Shown: positions 22,301 to 33,679, counted from the first letter of the stretch. The stretch: 48,425 nt of DNA from Nemertoderma westbladi (GCA_032718475.1 JAUCBJ010006823.1:1-48425); one strand, 5' to 3'. Program-made: numbers and translations. Notes: generated by a model from the letters alone, not told the origin.

Positions 22301-22674
22301 TCCCGTTTTATTCCATGGGACAGCCCAGACTCCCTATTTTATAACTGTTTGCGCTGTCTGGATCGTGGTCATCCTGCCACACCTGCTGTTGGAAACTAAT
22401 TGATGTTCATCATCTTCCGTCAGCATTCGTCATTTACCTATTGATTGCCATAGAATCCGGTAGAGTATCATACTCAAGATTGATGCTATGGGAATCCGTA
22501 GGCCTAAGAGATAAAACAATCCCTTCCCAATTATTATTGTCTTAACACTTTCTATAATTACCGGCTGCAGTCCTGTTCCATCATCATCTCTGATATTGTT
22601 ATTGTAGACATCTAAAACAGATAAATCTCGATTTGTCATTGCTTCACCGTGAACATCTTCAGCTAAACTCTATA

Positions 22675-23895
22675 ATCGGCCTGCTGACTTAACTATGCTG
22701 GCTTAACAAAAATATTTTGCTACTACCATGCAATCCACAATTGACAAGCCCAATGCAGGTTGCATTAAGAATGCTATGCCAGCATATCAACAAAGATTCA
22801 TCGCCACAACTCCCTATCCCCCATGAATTTCGACAGACTATTCGCATCTACAAAACCAGTGTCCTTTAAGAGGCGTCTCACAAAAGTCATGGGCTGTCCA
22901 CCATGCTTATTTTCTCCATGGGGCTGCCAAAGTAAAAGATTGTGCACTGCACAGGCTGGTCCTCACTGCGAAAACAATCTCCTGCAAAGCGGAGGCGGCT
23001 TTGTTCAAGTGTCGAGCTTGGGGGAATAAATGAGACACCTCCAATGTTATATAGTGTCTGGTTGGAGATGCGTGAGCATTGTAGTTGACACAGTCACCCC
23101 GACGTAGCATTCTTGTAAATGAGATTCGGTGTTCTCAGCAGGTAGAGCCCAGCATGGACTCTCATAGAGGAGTACTGGGACTACTGCTGTTCTAAATAAT
23201 GAGACCCTAAGTTTCAGATTAATTCTCTGTGACTTACAAATCCTGGAAAGCCTATTCAAGGCTGCCCATGCCTTTCCCTTACGTATTCGAAGGTCCTCAC
23301 CTGACTTCCGGATCCATGATCCCAAGTAACAGAAGTCGTCCACATGCACAAGCATACCATTCTTTGAGCTTATGCACATACGATCAGATATTTCCTGATG
23401 ACTTTCAAAATTATCTGTTAAAATTTTGGCCTTCTTGGAGTTAACAAAAAGATCATCACTTGAAGCAGCCTATTCTAATGAGCTGAGGAGCTGTTCGGCT
23501 CCTTCTAGTGATTCTGAGAGTACTCCTAAGTCATCAGCAAAGTCTAGATCAGTTAGGTATGTCAATTATGAACAAGAATGGCGCAAGTGTGTTACCCTGG
23601 ATGACTACCCATAACATTCCGAATGGTTCTGTCACCGTCAACAGTAGTAGCAATAGCAAAAATAATACAAATGTCTTCGAACCATCTTACTAATCTGATT
23701 GCTGCAATAATTCCATTAGGTATCCCATATAATGAAAGTATGCTGAACATACGTGAGCGAGAGACTGAATCAAAGGGCTTGACGAAGTCAACAAAGCTAG
23801 CAGCCAGATGCCTGTCTTTCTTTTTTGACAACTCTTCAATTATCCTTCTAAGTGCTAAAATGGGCTCCATGGTCCCACGACCTTTTTACGGAACC
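22675..23895 (-). mobile_element. Degraded 5'-truncated RTE LINE (family 2)
   Basis: EPILALRRIIEE, FVDFVKPFDSV, DLDFADD and DDFCYLGSW in broken frames. Confidence 0.85.
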
Positions 23896-23896
23896 C

Positions 23897-24885
23897 AAAT
23901 CATCTCCAGCTACTCTCACAACTGATTGAACATTGTCAGCTACACTCACAACTGATTGAACATCGTCAGTTACACTCACTACCGGTTGAACATCTCCAGC
24001 TACACACACTACCGGTTGAACATCTCCAGTTACGCTCACTACCAGTTGAACATCTCCAGTTACACTCAGTACCGGTTGAACATCTTCAGCTACACTCACT
24101 ACCGGTTGAACATCTCCAGCTACACTCACTACCGGTTGAACATCTCCAGATACTCTCACTACCAGTTGAACATCGCCAGTTACACTCAGTACTGGTTGAA
24201 CATCGTCAGCTACACTCACTACCGGTTGAACATCTCCAGTTACACTCACTGCCGGTTGAACATCTCCAGCTATACTCACTAACGGTTGAACATCTCCAGC
24301 TACACTCACTACCGTTTGAACATGTCCAGTTACACTCACTACCAGTTAAACATCTCAATTTACACTCAGTACTTGTTAAACATCTTCAGCTGCACTCACT
24401 ACTGTTTGAACATCTTCAGCTACACTCACTACAGGTTGAATATCTTCAGCTACACTCACTACCGGTTGAACATCTCCAGTTACACTCACTACCAGTTAAA
24501 CATCTCCAGTTACACTCACTACCGGTTGAACATCTCCAGTTACACTATCAGTACTTGTTAAACATCTTCAGCTGCACTCACTACTGGTTGAACATCTTCA
24601 GCTACACTCACTACAGGTTGAACATCTCCAGCTACACTCACTACCGGTTGAACATCTCCAGTTACACTCACTACCAGTTAAACATCTCCAGTTACACTCA
24701 GTACTTGTTAAACATCTTCAGCTGCACTCACTACTGGTTGAACATCTTCAGCTACACTCACTACAGGTTGAACATCTCCAGCTACACTCACTACCAGTGA
24801 AACATCTCCAGTTACACTCAGTACTTGTTAAACATCTTCAGCTGCATTCACTACTGGTTGAACATCTTCAGCTACACTCTCTACT
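23897..24885. repeat. 30-bp minisatellite (catctccagctacactcactaccggttgaa), about 33 copies
   Basis: Visible 30-bp periodicity producing DVQPVVSVAG / NISSYTHYRL repeat ORFs. Confidence 0.95.
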
Positions 24886-24944
24886 AGAGGATATCTACAG
24901 TTCTATAAAGTAACTTGTAAATGGACCAGTAAGTAGACTTGCAA

Positions 24945-25169
24945 ATAATCTTGTGCTTTGGCGTCCTCATGGAGTGAATAAGCATGGTGGACAGCCCATG
25001 ACTTTCTTGAGACGAATCTCAAAGGATACTGGCCTTGAAGATGCGGATGATCTAACAAATGTCATGGGTGATAGGGAGTTGTGGTGGCGCAATTTTGTGG
25101 ACAAACCGGCACAGCATTCTTAGAAATGCAGCTGCAATGCAGCGTGCCGATCCTAGTAGTAGTAGTAGT
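24945..25169 (+). mobile_element. RTE LINE 3' end (family 2) with (TAG)n tail
   Basis: Close match to 34605-34829; ends gatcctagtagtagtagtag. Confidence 0.85.
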
Positions 25170-25806
25170 GTAAATGGATCCCCCGCCCCCAGATTTTCGC
25201 CAAAGGTTAAAATAAGCTTTACACCTTTCCAGCTATTTTAATATAGGCCTACTGTTAGGTGTTGAGTATAGGCAACCTATTCATTCTAATACTAATACCG
25301 TAGACCTACTTCAAACCTCACTCCATTAATTATTTCAAGGCCAATTTTCCTATCATATTGTGGCAAACGGGCATATTCGGGGTTTATCAGAACAAAATCA
25401 TTAAAAGTCCCTCTGACATTTAACTAATAAGAAACCCCCTAATATCTAATTTAAGGGGTTTTATCAGAAATTAAATCCCCTATTGAAGGTGCTTAAACAG
25501 AGTTTTTTCCTACTTAGGGGGTTTTAACAGATCAAGCTATATTTAGACGGGATCTTATTTTGCGTTTTTCTCCGTTAATAACGCTGTTTTAACTTCTGGG
25601 GTTTTGTCAGAAGGTGGATATCAATCTAAGGTACCAGAATCACCAAAAACCTGAAAACGGCCAAAAATCGACTTAAGGGGTTTTACCAGATTACCCACGG
25701 TATGTACACAGTTTTAGTGCGAAAAATAGAGTATTTTAAAATCATTAATAATTAAACCGCATATATACTGGTATAGTGAGTTAATCTGTGACATGCAATC
25801 TGTGAT

Positions 25807-25868
25807 CCCCTGACGGCAGCCAGCTGATCTGTAGGTTTCGCCCCGCAACTGAAGGCATTCTCAGGAGG
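25807..25868 (-). ncRNA. Hammerhead-ribozyme-like motif at the Penelope 3' end
   Basis: Minus strand CCUC-CUGAGAA-U-GCCUU-CAGUUGC-GGGGC-GAAAC...CAGCUG...GUC-AGGGG. Core is a variant (A at position 8). Confidence 0.55.
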
Positions 25869-27278
25869 CCAAGCCAGGAAATGTAGATAGAAATTCCCAA
25901 AGGGGGACGGAACAGGTAACGGAATGAAGATATGTCTGTACTGTAACTAACCACTGGGAAGCAGCACTGTAAACTTGCGCCAGTCACGCAACTTTCTGCT
26001 TGTTGATAACCGGCTTGCGTGTTTGGATGTAATACATTTCAAGCTTTGGCAAGACTGACCGCAATGGGTGTCTAGCAATTACAGTGAAATGTTTAAACAA
26101 TTCACGCCAGTCAGTCAGCCAACGTGTATTGGGCTCGCCGCGTTGCGTCATGATGTGGTTGTGCACAGTCTTACCCTGTTCGCTCCCATCATTGGCTGTC
26201 CCATCCTGGTGCTGTCTAACGCGTTCAAACAAGTGATGGATGGTGTGTCCAACATATTCCCCCTTACAAGAGGGACAAGAGAAAGAGTAAACGACGTTAG
26301 ACGCAAGGATTTCCGGGATGGGGTGTTTGAGAGATGGGAGTGACTGGCGCAGTTTAGATGTTGTAAAAACAAACCGAAATGGCCGTGTGCAAGACCTGGG
26401 TATAAGACCACGCAACTTTCGAACAAACAGATCAGTTGCCCGACCTCGGTACTCAAACTTACAGATAATAGGCTTGGAATCATCAGCAGCTGCCTGGTCG
26501 ACCGGGTCAATGACCTCGGTGGGGACAGTTGTTGATGCCTCGCCCCAAGAACCACTGCCTGCACGCCCCCTAGCTGCTTGAACTACGGCTAGCTCATGCT
26601 CGACCATCGTATCAGTATATTGGTTATTGCTTAGAATATTCTTTAAACATCCCCAATAGCGGTATAGAGTTGGGAACCATCCCCACCCTTACTGGCATTA
26701 AAGATGCGATGAAACATACCACGAACTACACCGCGTTTGTGAGACTCAGGGGCACTGTGCGAGTGTGTGACTGTGCGAGTATGGGGCCCAATGGAGACCC
26801 CATAGCGACACCATCTTTCTGACAGACATAGTTACCATGGTGATCTAGGAATACGACATCCTTGGTGGCTAACAGCATAAGACCAATAAATTGGTCCTTG
26901 CTGATTGGCTGGCTGTCCGGATGCCGCTCATAGAGTAGATCAGCAGCAAGCTGCACCGCCTCCCTCAGTGGGATGTTAGTGAATAAACTCACGAAGTCCA
27001 GGGAGTAGAGACGGTCCGTGGGTTCTGCCTCTAGTTCAGCGAGACGATCGGTAGACCCAGCACTGTTAGTAGATATCTTGCCTTCAGGCAGCACATCCAG
27101 CATGTCTCTGAGAAACCCATCGACAGGATGGTAAATGCTGCCGGGCATAGAGGTTATGGGACGGAGTGGGACACCAGCTTTATGTACCTTAGCAAGGCCA
27201 TACAGCTTGGTAGGAGTGTATCTTTGCGAGGCAATAGCCTGGCTAGAAGTTCCTTATTCTCATTCCCCACGATTCTGG

Positions 27279-28295
27279 GGAAGCAGGACAATTCGGTCCC
27301 GGACAATTCGGTCCGGACAATTCGGTCCCGGACAATTCGGTCCCGGACAATTCGGTCCCATTAATTTTGTGTTTTGGGACCGAATTGTCCGGGACCGAAT
27401 TGTCCGGGACCGAATTGTCCGGGACCGAATTGTCCAGGACCGAATTGTCCGGGACCAAATTTAATTGGTAATATATAATGGTGAATGTTCTAGAACCTTA
27501 ATATATACGGGTATTATTATATGGTAGCTAGTGTTTTTTTTACTAGCTAGTATTTTTTTAAAAATATAAAAAATTTACTTTTTTTTGTTAACATTATTAT
27601 TTATGGTAGCTACGGTGTTTTTATGGAGCTTGTGATTTATTTACTAGCTAGTAATAGTATGTATTTAAAATGTTTAAAGCTGATTTTTTAATATACTGCG
27701 TAAGTATACTGTATGTGTTGTTGGTTGGTTAACAAGCCTAAATTATTATCCTAGATAATAGCTGGATCTCATTCAGGGACTGTTATGATATCATCAATAT
27801 TTTTGGTAATTAATATAATCAGCAACAGTTTATGCCTAATTCTGAAATATCAATGTTTTCACAAGTGTTTTTATAATTTCAAGGAAATGCTAGCTAGTAA
27901 AAAAAACACTAGCTACACCTTAATAAATAATATATAATAATGTCCTCGAACACTACCAATAACAAAAATAAAAAAAAATACAGTATTTTTAAAATTTCAA
28001 AAAATTCTAGCAAGTAAATAACACTAGCTACCATAACAAATATCTCTACTAATGTTCTAGAACATTCACCAATATCAAAAAAGCACTAAAAAGTTGCTAT
28101 CAGGAACCGGACAATTCGGTCCCGGACAATTCGGTCCCGGACAATTCGGTCCCGGAAAATTCGGTCCCATTTATTTAGAGTTTTGGGACCGAATTGTCCG
28201 GGACCGAATTGTCCGGGACCGAATTGTCCGGGACCGAATTGTCCGGACCGAATTGTCCGGGACCGAATTGTCCGGGACCGAATTGTCCTACATCC
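27279..28295. mobile_element. Non-autonomous foldback/MULE-type (Rehavkus-like) DNA transposon with TIRs built of 16-bp repeats
   Basis: TSD gattctgg at 27271-27278 and 28296-28303. Termini GGAAGCAGGACAATT / GGATGTAGGACAATT; arrays of ggacaattcggtccc; the AT-rich interior is also partly inverted. Confidence 0.88.
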
Positions 28296-28484
28296 GATTC
28301 TGGTGACCTCGTCCCGAATAACCTCAGCCCTCCGACGGTAGATATCTATCTTAACAGTACTTGGTCGACCGGGAGGGGGACCAAAGTTGGTCGGGTCGGC
28401 GATGAGCGCATCCGCCTTGGCGAGGTATGACTCCTTCTCCATAATGCAGTACCCGTTCCCCTTGTCGAATGGCACAGCAATCAA

Positions 28485-29940
28485 GTGAGGGAGGCGGTGC
28501 AGCTTGCTGCTGATCTACTGTATGAGCGGCATCCGGACAGCCAGCCAATCACCAAGGACCAATTTATTGGTCTTATGCTGTTATCCACCATTGATGTCGT
28601 TTTCCTAGCTCACCATGGCAACTACGTCTGTCAGAAAGATGGTGTCGCTATGGGGTCTCCATTGGGCCCCATACTCGCCAACATCTTTCTGTCACAGTTC
28701 AACGAGAGGATCGCTGCGGGCACCAAGCTCAGTGATAGGTACATCGATGACGTATTTAGTGTTGCTAGTAACGGCCCCACTGAGAAGTTGAGAGAGGTCA
28801 ATGTCCTCCATCACAATTTTAGGTTTACCCTTGAGATGGAGGAGAGGGGGGGGGGGGGGGGAGGTTTTCCCCTTTCTTGATTTGGTTGTCACTCGGGTTG
28901 ACTATGCTCTTTCAACAGCGTGGTACCGCAAGCCTACATTTACTGGGCTCGTTCTCAATGTCACTGCGTGTTCCCCTGAGTCTTACAAACGCGGTGTAGT
29001 TCGTGGTATGTTTCATCGCATCTTTAATGCCAGTAAGGGTGGGGATGGTTCCCAACTCTATACCGCTATTGGGGATGCTAAGAATATTCTTAGCAATAAC
29101 CAATATACTGACTGATACGATGGTCGAGCATGAGTTCAAGCCGCTCGGGGGCGTGCAGGCAGTGGTTCTGGGGGCGAGGCACCAACAGCTGTCCCCACCG
29201 AGGTCATTGACCCGGTCGACCAGGCAGCTGCTGATGATTCCAAGCCTATTATCTGTAAGTTCGAGTACCGAGGTCGGGCAACTGATCCGCTTGTTCGAAA
29301 GTTACGTGGTCTTATACCCAGGTCTTGCACACGGCCAGTTCGGTTTGTTTTTACAACATCTAAACTGCGCCAGTCACTCCCATCTCTCAAACACTCCATC
29401 CCGGAAATCCTTGCGTCTAACGTCGTTTACTCTTTCTCTTGTCCCTCTTGTAAGGGGAAATATGTTGGACACACCATCCAAAACTTGTTTGAACGCGTTA
29501 TACAGCACCAGGATTGGACAGCCAATGATGGGAGCGAACAGGGTAAGACTGTGCACAACCACATCATGACGCACCGCGGCGAGCCCAATACACGTTGGCT
29601 GACTGACTGGCGTGAATTGTTTAAACATTTCACTGTAATTACTAGACACCCATTGCGGCCAGTCTTGCAAAAGCTTGAAATGTATTACATCCAAACACGC
29701 AAGCCGGTTATCAACAAGCAGAAACGTGTCTGGCGCAAGTTTACGGTGCTGCTTCCCAGTGGTTATTTTCAGTGCAGACATATCTTCATTTCGTCTTCAT
29801 ATCTTCATTTCGTTACCTGTTCCATCCCCCTTTGGGAATCTCTCTCTACATTTCCTGGCTTGGCCTCCTGAGAATGCCTTCAGTTGCGGGGTGAAACCTA
29901 CAGATAAGCTGGCTGCCGTCAGGTGATCACAGATTGCATG
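28485..29940 (+). mobile_element. Penelope-like element, inverted partial copy (RT C-half plus GIY-YIG), frameshifted
   Basis: GVAMGSPLGPILANIFL, RYIDDVF, FTLEME, PFLDL, WYRKPT; reverse complement of 25792-26970; poly-G frameshift near 28850. Confidence 0.9.
29864..29925 (+). ncRNA. Hammerhead-ribozyme-like motif, second copy
   Basis: CCUCCUGAGAAUGCCUUCAGUUGCGGGGUGAAAC...AGCU...GUCAGG; the helix II G-C pair becomes G-U. Confidence 0.5.
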
Positions 29941-30205
29941 CAACGTCTAGGTCTTGTTGCTTTTTAGTTTTTTACATACTTTGGCACTGACATACCTACA
30001 GTTAAGGTTTTTACTTAACGTGCTTGATTAATAAATAAAATACAATTAACTCATTATTATTGGATTTTCAAGCTTCTACTTCAATTATACTGGTATAGGT
30101 AAAATTGGAATAATAAGTACAAAGGTCTATTGCAAAAAATTCGTTAAAATAAATCGAGTTGATTAAAATAGTAAAAAAGTAGAACATTTAGGCTCAGTAA
30201 GCTAG

Positions 30206-32530
30206 TGAATGCCTGTACGCCCCCCAAGGGTGATCTTCAGCAGTAAACCCGTCCACTCTGTTTCCCAAAGGAATGCATTTTCACCACCATGGGTGATCTT
30301 TCACAGTAAATCCTTCCACTCTGTTTCCCAAAGGAATGCCTTTTCACCACCATGGGTGATCTTCCACAGTAAACACTTCCACTCTGTTTCCTAAATGAAT
30401 GCCTGTTCACCACCACGGGTGATCTTCCACAGTAAACCCTTCCACTCTGTTTCCCAAAGGAATGCCTTTTCACCACCATGGGTGATCTTCCACAGTAAAC
30501 ACTCCACTCTGTTTCCTAAATGAATGCCTGTTCACCACCATGGGTGATCTTCCACAGTAAACACTTCCACTCTGTTTCCCAAAGGAATGCCTGTTCACCA
30601 CCACGGGCGATCTTCCACAGTAAACCCTTCCACTCTGTTTCCCAAAGGAATGCCTTTTCACCACCATGGGTGATCTTCCACAGTAAACACTCCACTCGGT
30701 TTCCTAAATAAATGCCTGTTCACCACCATGGGTGATCTTCCACAGTAAACACTCCACTCTGTTTCCTAAATGAATGCCTGTTCACCACCATGGGTGATCT
30801 TTCACAGTAAACACTTCCACTCTGTTTCCTAAATGAATGTCTGTTCGCTACCATTGGTGATCTTCCACATTAAACACTTCCACTCTGTTTGCTAAATGAA
30901 TGCCTGTTCACCACCACGGGTGATCTTCCACAGTAAACCCTTCCACTCTGTTTCCCAAAGGAATGCCTTTTCACCACCATGGGTGATCTTCCACAGTAAA
31001 CACTTCCACTCTGATTCCTAAATGAATGCCTGTTCACCACCACGGGTAATCTTCCACAGTAAACCCTTCCACTCTGTTTCCCAAAGGAATGCCTTTTCAC
31101 CACCATGGGTGATCTTCCACAGTAAACACTTCCACTCTGTTTCCTAAATGAATGCCTGTTCACCACCACGGGCGATCTTCCACAGTAAACACTTCCACTC
31201 TGTTTGCTAAATGAATGCCTGTTCACCACCATGGGTGATCTTCCACAGTAAATCCTTCCACTCTGTTTCCCAAAGGAATGCCTTTTCACCACCATGGGTG
31301 ATCTTCCACAGTAAACACTTCCACTCTGTTTCCTAAATGAATGCCTGTGCACCACCACGGGCGATCTTCTACAGTAAACACTTCCACTCTGTTTCCCAAA
31401 GGAATGCCTTTTCAACACCATAGGTGATCTTCCACAGTAAACAATTCCACTCTGTTTCCTAAATGAATGCCTGTTCACCACCACGGGTGATCTTCCACAG
31501 TAAACCCTTCCACTCTGTTTCCCAAAGGAATGCCTTTTCGCCACCATGGGTGATCTTCCGCAGTAAACACTCCACTCTGTTTCCTAAATGAATGCCTGTT
31601 CACCACCATGGGTGATCTTCCACAGTAAACACTTCCACTCTGTTTCCTAAATGAATGTCTGTTCGCCACCATATTGGTGATCTTCCACATTAAACCCTTC
31701 CACTCTGTTCCCCAAAGGAATGCATGTTCACCACCATGGGTGATCTTCCACAGTAAACACTCCACTCTGTTTCCTAAATGAATGTCTGTTCACCACCACG
31801 GGCGATCTTCCACAGAAAACACTTCCACTCGGTTTGCTAAATGAATGTCTGTTCGCCACCATTGGTGATCTTCCACAGTAAACCCTCCACTCTGTTTCCC
31901 AAAGGAATGCATGTTCACCACCATGGGTGAACTTCCACAGTAAAACCTTCCACTCTGTTTCCCAAAGGAATGCCTTATTACCCCCATGGGTGATCTTCCA
32001 CAGTAAACCATTCCATTCTGTTTCCTAAACGAATGCCTCTTCTCCACCATGGGTGATCGTCCACAGTAAACACTCCACTCTGTTTTCTAAATGAATGCCT
32101 GTTCACCACCATGGGTGATCTTCCACAGTAAACCCTTCCACTCTGTTTCCTAAATGAATGCCTCTTCTCCACCATGGGTGATCGTCCACAGTAAACACTC
32201 CACTCTGTTTTCTAAATGAATGCCTTTTCACCACCATGGGTGATCTTCCACATTAAACCCTCCACTCTGTTTCCCAAAGGAATGCCTGTTCACCACCATG
32301 GGTGATCTTCCACAGTAAAACCTTCCACTCTGTTTCCCAAAGGAATGCCTTTTCACCACCATGGGTGATCTTCCACAGTAAACCCTTCCATTCTGTTTCC
32401 TAAATGAATGCATGTTCACCAACATGGGTGATCTTCCACAGTAAACCCTTCCACTCTGTTTCCTAAATGAATGCCTCTTCACCACCATGGGTGATCTTCC
32501 ATAATAAACCCTTCCACTCTGTTTTCCAAG
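30206..32530. repeat. 62-63-bp satellite, about 37 copies
   Basis: Unit gaatgcctgttcaccaccatgggtgatcttccacagtaaacacttccactctgtttcctaaat; gives 21-aa repeat ORFs. Confidence 0.95.
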
Positions 32531-32619
32531 TTACCATGGTTCTCATTTATCGACCAGCAAAAGATGAAAACCTCTGTAGAGCTAGTCTGCAGCATTTAAA
32601 GTCCCGTGCCAAAACAGTA

Positions 32620-32698
32620 AAAAAAAATGCGTCATCCAGGGATCGAACCTGGAGCCTCCTGAATGTAAGCCGAGATTGTTAACAATAAATTAAGCTGC
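32620..32698 (-). other. Degenerate tRNA-derived sequence (SINE head or tRNA pseudogene)
   Basis: Minus strand CCAGGTTCGATCCCTGG (T-arm with B box) followed by an oligo-T run; D-arm degenerate. Confidence 0.5.
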
Positions 32699-32751
32699 TG
32701 CTTAGTCTATGAATTGAATATGAAAATATGAATAATGGATTGAAAACTAAC

Positions 32752-33047
32752 CTTTTAGTAGAATATGTATTTAGGTGTAACACACGTAGTTTATCTGTGT
32801 AACCATTACCATCTTCATCTTTACCCCACCCAAGCGCAATGCTTGTAGAGCCTTCAGGTACTATCACATCTTGGCAATCATTTGTAATCATAATAGGAAT
32901 TGGTCTAATTTTGTCATTAAAAACCAATTCTTGTTCCAGTTCAAGCAAAGCTATATCGTAAAGAGGTGAGTTCGTCGAGCGATATGCTTCGTGTATTATA
33001 ATTTGCTTAATATAAACCAATATAAACCATTCACGACTCCAAAAATA
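32752..33047 (-). CDS. S1 serine protease, internal exon (catalytic Asp)
   Basis: IIIHEAY...YDIALLEL...FNDKIRPI...ALGWG. Acceptor ttttttcag at 33048 (5' boundary less certain); donor AG|gttagt at 32751. Confidence 0.85.
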
Positions 33048-33274
33048 CTGAAAAAATAAGATTATTTTTTTAATGTCATAATATTTACAATATAAATTAG
33101 ACACTTACCAATCTGACTTGCGACTACTCTCGACACGATGAAAGCATGGCTTATGGCCTATATACGCCTATTTATCGAAATGGCCAATCTACAATAACAA
33201 ACAAATGTAATCTCGCGGGTAGCTTTACCAGCTGTACAGCAAGTGTTTAACACAATTATTTTATATCCACATAC

Positions 33275-33475
33275 ATAAGGAGTATACATTCTTCTTCCAG
33301 TGTAGTCATCACCATACAGGTAGTGTCTCCCTGGGTGCACGCGTATCTCATTTAACCGATCTTTATAATCGTCCACACAATGGGCTGCTGTTAGAATCCA
33401 CTTGGATGTGATTACAGATCCGGCGCAAAAGTGTTCCCATTCCCACAGTAAACTCCTGTATCTTTTTATTGATAC
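33275..33475 (-). CDS. S1 serine protease, exon with catalytic His; upstream exons not found in window
   Basis: VSIKRYRSLLWEWEHFCAGSVITSKWILTAAHCVDD. Phase-0 acceptor ctaattag|GTATCA at the usual PWQ|VS intron position; candidate donor TAT|gtatgt. Confidence 0.85.
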
Positions 33476-33679
33476 CTAATTAGAAAAAGTCAACCCAACA
33501 ATTTCCATTTACTCCCTCTACTGCAGGAATTATCATTTTTTAGTCAAATGTTTTTTCACGCAAAAATTGGTTAAAAATATAAAAATTAAAATAAAACTAT
33601 TATTATAATTTTTATATTATTATTAGACATTAGATATTATATATTATATATACATAGATATTATATATATTATTAGAAA

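Larger units (their letters stand above)
21449..25700. mobile_element. Putative old TIR element (TA-flanked, Tc1/mariner/pogo-type MITE) split by nested RTE and minisatellite insertions
   Basis: Left TA|TCGTCGGTAATTCGACAAAACCCCCTAAGTCGATTTTTG vs right reverse complement TA|CCGTGGGTAATCTGGTAAAACCCCTTAAGTCGATTTTTG. Both halves carry ggggttttatcaga motifs. Confidence 0.5.
25792..28490 (-). mobile_element. Penelope-like element (RT plus GIY-YIG), 5'-truncated, interrupted by a foldback element and an internal deletion
   Basis: PFDKGNG, KLYGLAKVHK...PLRPI, SLDFVSLFTNIP, GVAMGSPLGPILA; GIY-YIG-type NVVYSFSCPSCKGEYVGHT. Confidence 0.9.

Noticed and set aside
27135-28430. GQFGP / SGTEL / DRIVR repeat ORFs
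   Set aside because: Translations of the 16-bp TIR repeats of the foldback element.
28846-28862. Poly-G run as a programmed frameshift or G-quadruplex signal
   Set aside because: Lies in a decayed Penelope copy; homopolymer expansion or sequencing error is simpler.
30206-32530. CRISPR-like array or repeat-protein ORFs (MVVKRHSFGKQSGRVYCGRSP)n
   Set aside because: Contiguous tandem units without unique spacers, frequent 1-bp indels, eukaryotic context; the ORFs are by-products of a 63-bp period.
33109-33157. Possible 49-nt extra protease exon (ag|GCCATA…GATTG|gtaagt)
   Set aside because: Good splice signals, but including it breaks the frame with the next exon as defined here. Unresolved without RNA data.
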